NCBI GenBank assembly: GCA_964436255.1
Contig: CAYTBW010000005.1
Location: 6,374 to 70,373, forward strand
Reading direction: 5' to 3'
From: an uncultured Candidatus Saccharibacteria bacterium
Lineage (GTDB): Bacteria > Patescibacteriota > Saccharimonadia > CAILAD01 > JADZBC01
DNA length: 64,000 bases
Shown here: piece by piece, positions 20,240 to 30,139 of the stretch
Numbering within the stretch: the first letter of the stretch is position 1
How the letters are laid out: the number at the start of each line of letters is the position of its first letter
Program-made: the position numbers and the translations under genes
Notes under the pieces: model-generated
What the model was told of the DNA's origin: nothing
Seen by the model: the letters and a program-made list of their open reading frames with translations, nothing else
Database searches by the model: none

Positions 20240-21487
20240 ATGATAGATTACCTATATACAGCTCGTGATCAGTCGAGCGGCTCCATTATCAAAGGCAACA
20301 TTCAGGCCGACAATGAATCAGCTGCTGCTGATTTGCTCATGCAAAAGGATTTAGTCCCCGTTAAAATAGTGCCTGCTAAAAATGGCAAGGTGCTTGGCAT
20401 AGATTTTTCTGGGGTGGAGAAGGTCAAGGCAAGGGATAGAGTAATATTTACTCGTCAGCTGTCCACATTGATTAAAGCAGGGCTGCCGATTACGCAGGCA
20501 CTCGCTACTGCAGTGGACCAGGTAAGTAGCGATAAGTTTAAATCGATTCTGCAAAAGGTCGTGGCTTCGGTTGAAGGCGGCACAAGCTTGGCTGAATCTT
20601 TCGGGCGCTTCCCGGACGTATTTAATCACACCTATGTTAGCCTTGTTAAGGCCGGAGAGACGTCTGGTACCCTTGACGTTGCTCTAGAGCGCTTGGCGGG
20701 TCAGCAGGAGAAGGAACTGGCCATTGCCTCAAAGATACGCGGGGCTCTCATCTACCCACTTCTGGTGCTCGGTGTCATAATCTTGGTGCTCGGTTATATG
20801 CTGGTTTCTGTGCTCCCACAGATTACAGGGCTCTATAGTGACTTAGGAAAGACGCTCCCGATTTACACGAGCATTCTTCTGGGTATTTCACAGTTCACTA
20901 TCAACTACTGGTGGCTGACAATTCTGATTATTGTCGCAATGGTGTTCGGGGTTAGGGCGTATGTGCAGTCCAGGGGCGGTCGGCGCATGCTGGACAAGGT
21001 TAAGTTAACTGCTCCAGTATTTGGTAAGTTGTTTCAAAAAGTCTATATGGCGCGCTTTACACGTACGCTAGGTTCGTTGGTCGCTAGTGGCGTGCCTATG
21101 CTCGAAGCACTCGACATCACAGCCGAATCGGTAAACAACGTGATTATCAAAGACATCATTGATGGTGCTGCCCAGCAAGTTAAGGGCGGTAAGGCCCTTT
21201 CTATGACGTTAAGCAATCATAAATACATTCTGCCGCTTGTACCACAAATGATTCGCATTGGTGAAGACTCTGGTACGCTTGGCGACATGCTGGATAAGGT
21301 CGCTAGCTTTTATGAGGACGAAGTAGACCAGACGGTCAAGAACCTCTCGACCATCATAGAGCCCGTTATGATGATTGTGCTTGGTGGGCTAGTGTTCTTT
21401 ATGATCGCGGCCATTTTGCTACCGGTTTATAGCTTGGTTGGCGGTGGGATCGATACGAACCCTGCTGATACGGTACAGACCAAGTAG
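20240..21487 (+). CDS. pilC: Type IV pilus inner-membrane platform protein PilC (GspF family)
   Basis: 415 aa; duplicated GspF domains with 3 TM segments. Confidence 0.9.
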   Translation: MIDYLYTARDQSSGSIIKGNIQADNESAAADLLMQKDLVPVKIVPAKNGKVLGIDFSGVEKVKARDRVIFTRQLSTLIKAGLPITQALATAVDQVSSDKFKSILQKVVASVEGGTSLAESFGRFPDVFNHTYVSLVKAGETSGTLDVALERLAGQQEKELAIASKIRGALIYPLLVLGVIILVLGYMLVSVLPQITGLYSDLGKTLPIYTSILLGISQFTINYWWLTILIIVAMVFGVRAYVQSRGGRRMLDKVKLTAPVFGKLFQKVYMARFTRTLGSLVASGVPMLEALDITAESVNNVIIKDIIDGAAQQVKGGKALSMTLSNHKYILPLVPQMIRIGEDSGTLGDMLDKVASFYEDEVDQTVKNLSTIIEPVMMIVLGGLVFFMIAAILLPVYSLVGGGIDTNPADTVQTK

Positions 21488-21562
21488 CTATTGACTGGCA
21501 TGGTTAAATCAACTAATCTAAACATAAGAACTTTAAAGAATATTACAAAGGAGAATTTATAA

Positions 21563-21991
21563 ATGTTAGCTCTTAAGAAAAAAGGTTTCACATTAATCGA
21601 GATAGTGATCGTTTTGGCAATAGCCGCTTTGATCTTGGTAATTGTATTCTTGGCAGTTGGTGGCGCCCAGCGTAGCCAACGTGATAACGCCAGCAAGGAC
21701 GCCGCATCTAGGGTGATCGCGGCATACACTACGTACTTGGGTGATAACTCAAACAAAGCCCCTACTACAGACGCACAGATGAGTACATATTTGACTGATG
21801 TTAAAGATGCGCGCGGTAATGTGCCAACAATTAGTGCCACCGCCTTTTCTGCTGCCGCTAAGACGGATTTTAGATACACGCCTAAGGGGACATGTGCATC
21901 TGGTGCTACCGTTGTTGGGACCTCAGATACAGCAATCGCTGTAGTTTACTACTCTGAGTCAAAAGGCGGTTCGGTCTGCATGAGCAATTAG
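21563..21991 (+). CDS. pilA: Type IV pilin (major pilin candidate)
   Basis: 142 aa; class III signal KKGFTLIEIVIVLAIAALI (cleavage after G, Glu+5); followed by a perfect 21-bp-stem terminator. Confidence 0.85.
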   Translation: MLALKKKGFTLIEIVIVLAIAALILVIVFLAVGGAQRSQRDNASKDAASRVIAAYTTYLGDNSNKAPTTDAQMSTYLTDVKDARGNVPTISATAFSAAAKTDFRYTPKGTCASGATVVGTSDTAIAVVYYSESKGGSVCMSN

Positions 21992-22004
21992 GGCTAAGGT
22001 CTTA

Positions 22005-22050
22005 TTCTGCAATCTAAAAGCGCCCCTGTGGGCGCTTTTAGATTGCAGAA
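22005..22050 (+). terminator. Strong hairpin terminator after pilin gene
   Basis: TTCTGCAATCTAAAAGCGCCC-ctgt-GGGCGCTTTTAGATTGCAGAA, perfect 21-bp inverted repeat; the stem itself contains the 5' A4 and 3' T4 tracts, so it is symmetric/bidirectional. Confidence 0.7.
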
Positions 22051-22077
22051 ACATAAGAACTATACTAGAGTAGACAT

Positions 22078-22506
22078 ATGAAACGTTTCCAAAAAGGCTT
22101 TACTCTGGTTGAGATCATTATGGTGTTAGGGATTGCTTCTCTTATTACTGCAGCAGTCTTCATTGCAGTTAGTGGCGCACAACGTAGCGCCCGAGACACC
22201 ACTCGCCGAGCAGATACTCAGAAGCTGGCGACTGCAATTGAGCAGTATGCAGCTAACCATAACGGGTCTTTGCCGCAAACAGAGGCAGAGCTACGGGGTC
22301 TGACCGAACCTGGTAACGGTTATATTGACCCAGCTAAGTTTAAAGACCCTAAGGATGGCATGACATACAGGCTTTTTATGCGCCCTACAGACAGTTTTAG
22401 CTTCTTCTGGACTGGTAACATGTTCTACATATATGATCCGGCCAACCCTAGCGAATACCGTATTATGTCCAAACTTGAGGGCGGCCAATATACATATACG
22501 CCGTAA
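22078..22506 (+). CDS. Type IV pilin, second paralog
   Basis: 142 aa; QKGFTLVEIIMVLGIASLI prepilin leader. Confidence 0.85.
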   Translation: MKRFQKGFTLVEIIMVLGIASLITAAVFIAVSGAQRSARDTTRRADTQKLATAIEQYAANHNGSLPQTEAELRGLTEPGNGYIDPAKFKDPKDGMTYRLFMRPTDSFSFFWTGNMFYIYDPANPSEYRIMSKLEGGQYTYTP

Positions 22507-23273
22507 TGATTGTTCTATTCGGTATTCTAGGTCTGTTGGTGGGCAGCTTCCTCAATGTCCTTATACTCCGCACAAAGAGCGGTAAAAGCTTCGTAGCGGG
22601 TCGCTCTGAGTGCCCTAAGTGTCACAAAGCCCTCGCATGGTACGAACTCGTGCCCGTGTTGAGCTACGTGCTGCAGAAGGGCAGGTGTAGGGGCTGTCGA
22701 GCAAAGATTAGCCCGCAGTACCCATTGGTCGAATTACTCACGGGGGCTGTCTATGCTGCGCTGTATATGGCAATTGGAGTAGAGTCTTCACAAGCTGTAT
22801 TTAGCTTATGCATATGGCTTGCCGCCGCAAGCTTGCTAATCGCCGCAGCGGTGTACGATTCGCGGTGGATGATTTTGCCGGACCGGTTCATGATTCCGCT
22901 TATAGTTCTAGGAATCATAAACGTTATCGTATTGAATACAGTTTTTGATCAAAGCGTGCTAATTCCTCGGCTGATAGCAGCGTCTGCATTTGCATTATTC
23001 TTTACAACACTTTGGCTCGTCTCATCTGGAAAATGGTTAGGCGATGGCGACATTCGGCTGGCTTTTGCCATGGGCTTGCTACTCAGTTTTGAGCAACTTT
23101 TGGTAGGGATATTCTTTGCCTTTAACATCGCTGCCGTAGTAGCAATTGGGCTGTTACTGAACAAAAAGAAGACGCGGCATGATGCGGTACCGCTCGGCCC
23201 GTTCTTAATAATTGGTACATTTATCGGCTTGTTCTTTGGCCAAGCAATTATGAATTTTTACCTTGGTTTGTAG
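22506..23273 (+). CDS. pilD: Prepilin peptidase PilD
   Basis: 255 aa; Zn-binding CPKC...CRGC tetracysteine, multi-TM A24 peptidase layout. Confidence 0.9.
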   Translation: MIVLFGILGLLVGSFLNVLILRTKSGKSFVAGRSECPKCHKALAWYELVPVLSYVLQKGRCRGCRAKISPQYPLVELLTGAVYAALYMAIGVESSQAVFSLCIWLAAASLLIAAAVYDSRWMILPDRFMIPLIVLGIINVIVLNTVFDQSVLIPRLIAASAFALFFTTLWLVSSGKWLGDGDIRLAFAMGLLLSFEQLLVGIFFAFNIAAVVAIGLLLNKKKTRHDAVPLGPFLIIGTFIGLFFGQAIMNFYLGL

Positions 23274-23323
23274 CGAATTCTCGGTAGCATAAGTGGTATA
23301 ATATATCCAATTGGAAAGCATTT

Positions 23324-24040
23324 ATGTACAGGCTAAAAAAACATATTTTTAATCGTCAGCCCCAGGGCATTGGATTGGTAGAAGTGATACTCGTTATCGC
23401 CATTGCCGGCTTTATGATTACCTTGGCTATCAGCGGCATATCTAGTGGTGGTCGCTCTAGCTTCGACGACGGCATGAAGCAAGTACTCAATGACCTCCGT
23501 CAGGTTCAAAACGAAGCAGCCAGTGGACAGGCTATCGGTACCGTGCCTGGTGGGAGCGAATTATTTGGTAAGGGTGTTGGATTCGCTACTAAGGCCGACG
23601 AGGTGCCTGCTGGGTCCTTTGTCTTTCGGGGCTCGGGGCTAGATTCTGTAGGAATTGACTCTCGAAAATACTTTGCGCTGCGTACGACCGGCACTGACAC
23701 ACTTACTGAGCACAGCCCCGCTGCTAGCGCTTACCCAGGCTCTGTGGCCCTCAAGAGCATAGAGGTCGTGCCCAATGCTGGCGGTAACGCCGTAGCTTAT
23801 TCTAAGGGCACCCTGGTCTTTACCGGTGGGGGCGCGAATTCAGGCAACGTATTACCTTATTTCTTTCCCAATTATGGCGTGGCAGATCCGTCACCAGCTT
23901 CAGGAGTAGGCACTGTAGCGCCATATGCGCAGTCACAGGATAACAAAGTTACGTTAACTTATGTGGGCAGGAGTAACACTGGCTATACTGCAAAAATTGA
24001 GGTCAATACTGCAACGGGCACAATGGAGCTGAAGCAGTGA
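23324..24040 (+). CDS. Minor pilin / pseudopilin
   Basis: 238 aa; N-terminal QGIGLVEVILVIAIAGFMITL prepilin-like hydrophobic segment. Confidence 0.6.
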   Translation: MYRLKKHIFNRQPQGIGLVEVILVIAIAGFMITLAISGISSGGRSSFDDGMKQVLNDLRQVQNEAASGQAIGTVPGGSELFGKGVGFATKADEVPAGSFVFRGSGLDSVGIDSRKYFALRTTGTDTLTEHSPAASAYPGSVALKSIEVVPNAGGNAVAYSKGTLVFTGGGANSGNVLPYFFPNYGVADPSPASGVGTVAPYAQSQDNKVTLTYVGRSNTGYTAKIEVNTATGTMELKQ

Positions 24041-24528
24041 AGCTGAAGAATAGGCGGGGGGACACCTTGATCGAGGTTATATTTGCTTTGGCTATCTTGG
24101 CCACCATACTTACTGTGGTAACAAGCGGTGCAATTACAGCCTGGCGAACTTCGCGTGCTGCCGGTGAACGGGCGCAGGCTGCCGCTATGGCCACTGAGCA
24201 GGTGGAGGCACTAAGGTCTTATAAGCAAGCCTTGGAGTGGGGGGATTTTAGGGATACCATTCTTGGCCTCACCTCGCCTTATCATGCGGAAATTTCTGGC
24301 CTGAACGCCCTTCCCGATATGCCGTATTGGGACTTGAAGCCAGGTACTATAAACGGAGAGTTGCTCGATGCCCCACTCCCTGGTGCGATTGTAGGGCTAT
24401 CCCCAAAGAATCCGGTTACGAGCACGAGCACTTCGATCGATTTAGAAGTTACCGTTACCTGGAAGACGCTAGGTTCAAGCGTGACCAATAAGACAACGCA
24501 GCTTGTAACACTCTCGGAGAACAAGTAG
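24037..24528 (+). CDS. Minor pilin / pseudopilin
   Basis: 163 aa; RRGDTLIEVIFALAILATILTVV prepilin-like N-terminus; coupled. Confidence 0.6.
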   Translation: MKLKNRRGDTLIEVIFALAILATILTVVTSGAITAWRTSRAAGERAQAAAMATEQVEALRSYKQALEWGDFRDTILGLTSPYHAEISGLNALPDMPYWDLKPGTINGELLDAPLPGAIVGLSPKNPVTSTSTSIDLEVTVTWKTLGSSVTNKTTQLVTLSENK

Positions 24529-25091
24529 TGAAGATGCGCTGTAACGACAGAAAAGGCTTCACACTCATTGAGCTAATATTCGCCATGGCAGGCTTTAGTA
24601 TTATGCTAATTGTAGCCGTGTCTGGCTTTCTAAACGCGGTCGGGATTTATAATCAGGCTAATGTAAGTAGGGACAATCAACAGCAGGTCCGAAGGGCTAT
24701 GGAGCAGTTGGCGGGAGACATTCGTGTGGCCAAGGGCGCCACAACGAGCACTGCTGGATCCGGGACTTGGCTATGCTTAGAGGGCCTACCTAGCGGCAAC
24801 ACAGCTTACTATAGACTCAGCGGTAGCTCTGAACTGAAGCAACAAGATCTAGCACCGGGTGTTGATTGTGCCACGTTCGCTGCTGCGCCTACGGCAATCG
24901 CTGGCGATTCAGGAGTACTCCTAAACGTGAGCGCGTTTGAGCCTACCAAGCTACAACAATCCGATGCCGATGCCGGCTCCGTAAGGGTACTCATTGGGGT
25001 TCAGAGGGGGAGCGAGTCTTCGCCTCGTGCTAGGCAATTTAGCAATGCTTATGAGTTGCAGTCTACATACTTCCTGAGGGGAGGGCTGTAG
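24528..25091 (+). CDS. Minor pilin / pseudopilin
   Basis: 187 aa; RKGFTLIELIFAMAGFSIML prepilin leader; coupled. Confidence 0.65.
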   Translation: MKMRCNDRKGFTLIELIFAMAGFSIMLIVAVSGFLNAVGIYNQANVSRDNQQQVRRAMEQLAGDIRVAKGATTSTAGSGTWLCLEGLPSGNTAYYRLSGSSELKQQDLAPGVDCATFAAAPTAIAGDSGVLLNVSAFEPTKLQQSDADAGSVRVLIGVQRGSESSPRARQFSNAYELQSTYFLRGGL

Positions 25092-25092
25092 C

Positions 25093-26175
25093 ATGGCGTT
25101 AACAGCTCAGCGATTATCTGCTAGCATAAGGAGTATGAAAAACCGACTAAATACTCAAGCTGGCGGAGCTTCACTTTTAGTTACCGTAGTTCTAGCCCTT
25201 TTACTATTAGGCGTAGTTGGTGGACTTACTACGCTGTCCGTGCGTGAATTGCGCCAAGCAAGTAACACAGAGCAGTCTAATCGTGCGTTGAGCGCGGCGG
25301 AGTCATTTGTGGAACAGAAGGCAAACGAAATCGTGGTCGCTGGTAGCACAGCCTTTAACGATACGTGCAAAAACCAGAGCATCGGCGGTGCTGCGGACAA
25401 CCTCGCCATTACTTGCTACACAGTTACAAAAGGAAGGGGCGATAGCGCAGAGGCGGTACTAGATAGGGATAAGACATTCCGACTCCAGCTTGATGACGTC
25501 TCACCAGCACCCGCCAGTATGTCCATAGAGTGGCATGTAGAGTCCGACGGGAGTCTACCTGATAATTGGGCTGACTATTATGCAGGGGCCGGTTGGCCAA
25601 CCACTTTTGAAGGCGAGGGGGATGTCCCTGCTGCAATCGAGACTACCTTCGTAGCTTGGCAAAAGAGCAGCGGCAACATTGTCCCTAATGCTACTGATGG
25701 GGACTTTGGTCTGCCACTAAAGAAGTACTTAACGAAACCTGGTGGCAGCAATGGTACTACAATCCAGACTATTTGTGGTGAACCAGAAGAGGGTTATTAT
25801 TGTAGGACTTCCAGCCGCATTAATCTAGCCACTGCTACGGGCCAGCCTATTGGTAGCAATCTGGTCTTCAAAATCACTCCACGCTACAGTGGCGCCAAAG
25901 TACGGATCAAGTTTTTTGACAGTACTGGTAAGGTTATTACGATTCCGCTACCATACGCGACTATTGATGTTACTGCCCGGGCTAACAACCTATATAGACG
26001 GGTCGTAGCTACTAAAGCGCTTGATCCGACATTGGCCTATAGTCATTTAGATGGAAATGTCTTGTTCTCGGGCAAGAACATCTGCAAGACACTCATGGTT
26101 GGGAGTGACTACAATGGGGTGAATGGTGGTAATGGTACGAATGATGTAAATTGCGAGAACCCACCACCCGAATAA
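25093..26175 (+). CDS. PilX-like minor pilin / pilus tip-associated protein
   Basis: 360 aa; PilX-type N-terminal hydrophobic domain (GGASLLVTVVLALLLLGVVGGLTTLSVREL). Confidence 0.5.
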   Translation: MALTAQRLSASIRSMKNRLNTQAGGASLLVTVVLALLLLGVVGGLTTLSVRELRQASNTEQSNRALSAAESFVEQKANEIVVAGSTAFNDTCKNQSIGGAADNLAITCYTVTKGRGDSAEAVLDRDKTFRLQLDDVSPAPASMSIEWHVESDGSLPDNWADYYAGAGWPTTFEGEGDVPAAIETTFVAWQKSSGNIVPNATDGDFGLPLKKYLTKPGGSNGTTIQTICGEPEEGYYCRTSSRINLATATGQPIGSNLVFKITPRYSGAKVRIKFFDSTGKVITIPLPYATIDVTARANNLYRRVVATKALDPTLAYSHLDGNVLFSGKNICKTLMVGSDYNGVNGGNGTNDVNCENPPPE

Positions 26176-26178
26176 TAT

Positions 26179-27090
26179 TTAGCTATTATCCGAATGGAAC
26201 TTTTTATGCACGTCCTTCAGGTGCGGGTCGGTAATGTGGGTGTAAACTTGTGTTGTCGAGATGTTGGAATGTCCCAGCAGACCCTGCACGCTACGGATGT
26301 CAGCACCGTTCATAAGTAGGTCCGTGGCAAAGCTATGCCGCAGCGTGTGTGGCGTAACGTGCTTGGTTATGCCAGCTAGCTTGCTGTACTTTTCAACAAT
26401 ACGCTGAATGCTGCGAGTGGTAAGTCGGGTGTATTCGCCGCCTTCGAGCTCGCTTTTGCTACCACTAAAGTGGATAAAGAGAGGGTCGAAGTCGTCTTTT
26501 CGACCCTGCAGGTAATCTGCCAAGATTTGTGTTGCCGAATCGCTCAGGTACACCGGCCGATCTTTTTGGCCTTTACCACGCACACTGAACTCACCACGTT
26601 CTAAGTTAATGCTGTCGCGATTGAGCGCCACCAACTCGGATACACGCAGCCCGGTAGAGAACAGGAGGGCCAGGATGGCACGATCGCGCTTACCAGTTTG
26701 CGTATCAGGCTTCACGGCCTCCATGAGCCTGTGAACTTCGTCTTTGTCCAGGAAGCTTACTTGTGGCCGTTTCGCCACCGCAAGCTCTATCTTGTCAGGG
26801 CTGAGGCTGGTTATGTCACGCTTAACCAAGTAGCGTAGGAAGCTACGCATAGCAATTAGGTGGTAGTTTTGCGTAGTGCGGCTAATACTGCGCCCATCGT
26901 CGGTGACGTAGCGGTTTAGCCATTGGCGCCATTTGCTGATGGTGTCGAGGGTGATTTTATCTACCTTAATCTCACCTGTGAACTCGTCGAAGCGGTTTAG
27001 GTAATGCGAATAGTTCTCGATCGTCTTGAGGCTGCGCCCACGCTCGACCTCTAAGTATTCTAAAAAGTCACCCATGTAGTCGCTAAACAT
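26179..27090 (-). CDS. Tyrosine recombinase XerC/XerD family
   Basis: 303 aa; Xer-type motifs (R...HTLRHSFATDLLMNGADIRSVQGLLGHSNISTTQVYTH). Confidence 0.85.
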   Translation of the reverse strand: MFSDYMGDFLEYLEVERGRSLKTIENYSHYLNRFDEFTGEIKVDKITLDTISKWRQWLNRYVTDDGRSISRTTQNYHLIAMRSFLRYLVKRDITSLSPDKIELAVAKRPQVSFLDKDEVHRLMEAVKPDTQTGKRDRAILALLFSTGLRVSELVALNRDSINLERGEFSVRGKGQKDRPVYLSDSATQILADYLQGRKDDFDPLFIHFSGSKSELEGGEYTRLTTRSIQRIVEKYSKLAGITKHVTPHTLRHSFATDLLMNGADIRSVQGLLGHSNISTTQVYTHITDPHLKDVHKKFHSDNS

Positions 27091-27169
27091 ACTCTTAGCT
27101 TAAGCTGTTTTGGGTGCAACCGCAAGCTGACAAAGTGACAGTTTTCAGGTATAATTAGCCTCGATTTGT

Positions 27170-29059
27170 ATGACTGCCAAAGCTAAAAACACAACTGAAT
27201 ATGACGTGATTGTGGTAGGAGCTGGGCACGCTGGCTGCGAAGCAGCTGTAGCGGCAGCAAAGCTTGGTGCTCGCACCGCGCTGATCACGACTACACTAAC
27301 TAAAGTAGCGACTCTGCCGTGCAACCCTTCCGTAGGTGGACCAGGCAAGGGCCACTTAGTCCGCGAAATCGGCGCCCTGGGCGGCATTATGGCCGATGTG
27401 GTGGACGCGAGCGCCATACAGCTAAAGGAGCTTAATACCTCCAAAGGACCTGCCGTACGGGCTTACAGAGCGCAGATAGACAAGCCAGGCTATAACGACA
27501 ACATGCTAGCGGTTTTGCGAGCCACAAAGGGCTTAGAGCTTATTGAAGACGAGGTGAGCGGGGTAGACGCTGAGCGCGGCAAGATTACGGCCGTACAGAC
27601 CAAGCATCGAGGCGCACTTGCTACTAAATCAGTCATTATCTGTGCTGGTACGTTCCTAAACGGCGAAATTGTGGTGGGGGACAGAGTGGTGCGCAAGGGT
27701 GGGCGGATCGACGAAGACTCCGTTGGTGGGCTCACAGAGTCATTGGTTAAGCTGGGGCTTAAGCACGGTAGGCTCAAGACCGGAACTCCTCCGCGCATAG
27801 CGCGCGACAGCATTGACTACAGTAAGATGGAGCTGGCTCCAGGTACGGCGGGTCCCGTTAGCTTCAGCTATCCAGATAGGGAGGTCTTGCCGCTAGAGAG
27901 CCAAGAGCCTTGCTACCTAACCTACACCACTCCACAGACGCACAAGATTATCATGGATAACCTTAAAAAGTCACCTGTGTTCTCAGGCATGATTAATGAG
28001 CGAGCCCCTAGGAGCTGCCCATCGCTTGATCTGAAGGTGGCGAACTTTCCAGATAAGGAGCGCCACCCGCTATTCATAGAGCCGGAGGGTCGAGTAGGTG
28101 GACCTGACGGTAACCGCATGTACATACAGGGAGGATCCTTGGCCTTCCCCGAGGAAGTGCAGGAAGAAATTATCCACAGCGTGCCCGGTCTAGAACGTGC
28201 ACAGTTTTTAGCCCATGGCTATGCGGTTGTATACGATTATTTTTTGCCCCATCAGCTCAAGCTCACATTGGAAACAAAAGTTGTTCAAGGTTTGTATTTT
28301 GCCGGTCAAATGAATGGAACCACGGGCTACGAAGAAGCAGCCGCTCAGGGGCTAATATCAGGAGTGAATGCCGCTCATAAGGCTCTCGGCAGGCCAGAAT
28401 TTACGTTGGATAGAACGCAGGCTTACATCGGTGTTTTGATTGAGGATTTAACGACCAAAACACACGTGGAGCCGTATAGAATGTTCACCAGCCGCGCCGA
28501 ATATCGCTTGCTGTTGCGCAACGACAATGCCGATGTGCGCCTGACCAGGCTCGGTTACGAGCTAGGCCTTGTCAGCGAAGCGTCGTACATGAGCGTAGAG
28601 GAAAAGCAGGCGGGCATACAAAAAGCCCTAAAGGAGTTGCAACAGGTTAGGGTTCGCCAGGACCATGGCAGGATGCCGCTCTATGAGCTCCTTGCTAGGC
28701 CAGAGGTGAAACTGGCCGACCTAGTAAAGGATCATAATCTAGATATTCCAGATGACTTGATTGACGCCGTAGAGCTCGAGGCCAAATACCATGGTTACTT
28801 TGAGCGTCAGCAGCGTGAGGCGGACAGGTTGCGCGACAAGGCCGGCCAACCAATACCAGATGACTTTGATTACGAAAAGGTTAGGGGACTGCGTAATGAA
28901 GCGCGTAAGCGGCTCGAGGAGATTCAACCAACCACCCTGGCGCAGGCCGGTAAAGTGCAGGGGATTACGCCAGCTGATTTGAGTATTCTGATGATAGCGC
29001 TACATGGTTATCGGCACCGTGGCCAGAGTGCGCGCAAAGCTGCTACAATAACAACTTGA
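27170..29059 (+). CDS. mnmG: tRNA uridine 5-carboxymethylaminomethyl modification enzyme MnmG (GidA)
   Basis: 629 aa; FAD-binding YDVIVVGAGHAGCEAA, full-length GidA. Confidence 0.95.
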   Translation: MTAKAKNTTEYDVIVVGAGHAGCEAAVAAAKLGARTALITTTLTKVATLPCNPSVGGPGKGHLVREIGALGGIMADVVDASAIQLKELNTSKGPAVRAYRAQIDKPGYNDNMLAVLRATKGLELIEDEVSGVDAERGKITAVQTKHRGALATKSVIICAGTFLNGEIVVGDRVVRKGGRIDEDSVGGLTESLVKLGLKHGRLKTGTPPRIARDSIDYSKMELAPGTAGPVSFSYPDREVLPLESQEPCYLTYTTPQTHKIIMDNLKKSPVFSGMINERAPRSCPSLDLKVANFPDKERHPLFIEPEGRVGGPDGNRMYIQGGSLAFPEEVQEEIIHSVPGLERAQFLAHGYAVVYDYFLPHQLKLTLETKVVQGLYFAGQMNGTTGYEEAAAQGLISGVNAAHKALGRPEFTLDRTQAYIGVLIEDLTTKTHVEPYRMFTSRAEYRLLLRNDNADVRLTRLGYELGLVSEASYMSVEEKQAGIQKALKELQQVRVRQDHGRMPLYELLARPEVKLADLVKDHNLDIPDDLIDAVELEAKYHGYFERQQREADRLRDKAGQPIPDDFDYEKVRGLRNEARKRLEEIQPTTLAQAGKVQGITPADLSILMIALHGYRHRGQSARKAATITT

Positions 29060-29077
29060 TACAGAAGGAGAACTAGG

Positions 29078-29569
29078 ATGGAAAGAACGTTAGTTATTGT
29101 TAAGCCTGACGGCGTGGCGCGAGGACTTATTGGCAGGATTATTCAGCGATTTGAAGACGCCGGCATGAAGGTGATCGGCATGAAGCTTATGAATGTGAAC
29201 AAAGAGCACGCCGATGCACATTACGATGGCCTGGCAGAACGCGTGAGCCAGAAGGTCTTTGATGAAGCAACTGCTTACATGTCAGAAGGGCCGGTATTGG
29301 CATTTGTACTTGAAGGCGTTGGCGTGATTGCCGCTGTGCGTAAGATCGCAGGAACTACCGAACCACTCGGCGCAGCACCAGGAACAATTCGCGGTGACTT
29401 TGCGCATGAGAACTACAACTGGGGGGATAGTAACAACAAATCCTTGCGTAACTTGGTACATGCTTCAGGTAATGCCGAGGAAGCTGCTCACGAGATCAAG
29501 CTCTGGTTCGCTGACGAAGATATTCACGACTATAAGACCGTTCATCAGATCCATACCTTTGGTCACTAG
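29078..29569 (+). CDS. ndk: Nucleoside diphosphate kinase
   Basis: 163 aa; NDK motifs (ERTLVIVKPDGV, NLVHASG active His). Confidence 0.95.
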   Translation: MERTLVIVKPDGVARGLIGRIIQRFEDAGMKVIGMKLMNVNKEHADAHYDGLAERVSQKVFDEATAYMSEGPVLAFVLEGVGVIAAVRKIAGTTEPLGAAPGTIRGDFAHENYNWGDSNNKSLRNLVHASGNAEEAAHEIKLWFADEDIHDYKTVHQIHTFGH

Positions 29570-29589
29570 TGATAAGTTCTAATAATACT

Positions 29590-29619
29590 GAAGCCCCGAG
29601 TAATCTCGGGGCTTTTGGT
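29590..29619. terminator. Bidirectional hairpin terminator between ndk and GC-rich island
   Basis: GAAGCCCCGAG-taatc-TCGGGGCTTTTGG; serves ndk (+) and the convergent minus-strand small-gene operon. Confidence 0.65.
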
Positions 29620-29653
29620 TTGCGGGACCGGTCCAGTGCCGTAATCCCGCGCT

Positions 29654-29749
29654 TCAGGTGTCGATGGATCGAAGCAGGGCTCCGATGATCAGGCCGATGA
29701 ATCGACCAATCCGGTAGGCCAGGCGCTGTGAGCATGTCTCAGGCTTCAT
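29654..29749 (-). CDS. 31-aa hydrophobic peptide, 4th gene of coupled operon
   Basis: Not in ORF track; ATG overlaps 3' end of upstream gene, AGGAAG 9 nt upstream; MKPETCSQRLAYRIGRFIGLIIGALLRSIDT single TM. Confidence 0.4.
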   Translation of the reverse strand: MKPETCSQRLAYRIGRFIGLIIGALLRSIDT

Positions 29750-30002
29750 CACGCCAGCTTCCTGGCTCACCTAGCGGTGTTCTGCCCTCAGCCTGATCGC
29801 GTTTGGCCTTGTACTCCGCGGCACCATCGAGCCCTGCCTTGGTCAGGGCATCACCGAAGTCGTATCGGCTTGGTGGTACGCGTCCTTCACGAACGGCCCT
29901 GGTCTTTGCTCTGGCTCGCTCGATCTTGCCGGGAGCCGAGCAGATCAGATCCCACCACGCTTGCGTAAAGTTCGGGTCTTTGCCTGGGTATGGCTGTGTC
30001 AT
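29739..30002 (-). CDS. 87-aa basic soluble protein, 3rd gene of coupled operon
   Basis: ATGA stop/start overlap with upstream gene; MTQPYPGKDPNF...; true start inside longer track ORF 29739..30119. Confidence 0.5.
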   Translation of the reverse strand: MTQPYPGKDPNFTQAWWDLICSAPGKIERARAKTRAVREGRVPPSRYDFGDALTKAGLDGAAEYKAKRDQAEGRTPLGEPGSWRDEA

Positions 30003-30139
30003 CGGTGCCTCGTTGCACTTGGGTTCATGACCGCATCCCATCCGTGGACCAGGGCCCACCCGGCTGCCTTGACCGAGGTGATGCCGATGGCAGCACCCAG
30101 GCCAATTGCTCCGACGCACTTCAGTCCGTTGCGGATCAT
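29999..30139 (-). CDS. 46-aa single-TM peptide with GxxxG motifs, 2nd gene of coupled operon
   Basis: GAGGAGG RBS 5 nt upstream of ATG, ATGA overlap with upstream stop; MIRNGLKCVGAIGLGAAIGITSVKAAGWALV. Confidence 0.55.
   Translation of the reverse strand: MIRNGLKCVGAIGLGAAIGITSVKAAGWALVHGWDAVMNPSATRHR

Noticed and set aside
29614-29635. Possible degenerate tRNA-Asp 3' end copy (TTGGTTTGCGGGACCGGTCC) at the island's left edge as attL
   Set aside because: Similarity to TTGGCGGGCCCGACCGG is patchy and could be chance in GC-rich DNA. It is mentioned only as a weak possibility.
29496-29735. 79-aa minus ORF running into the ndk gene
   Set aside because: It overlaps ndk and has no RBS. An alternative frame gives a 31-aa hydrophobic peptide translationally coupled to the upstream operon, which fits the local pattern better.
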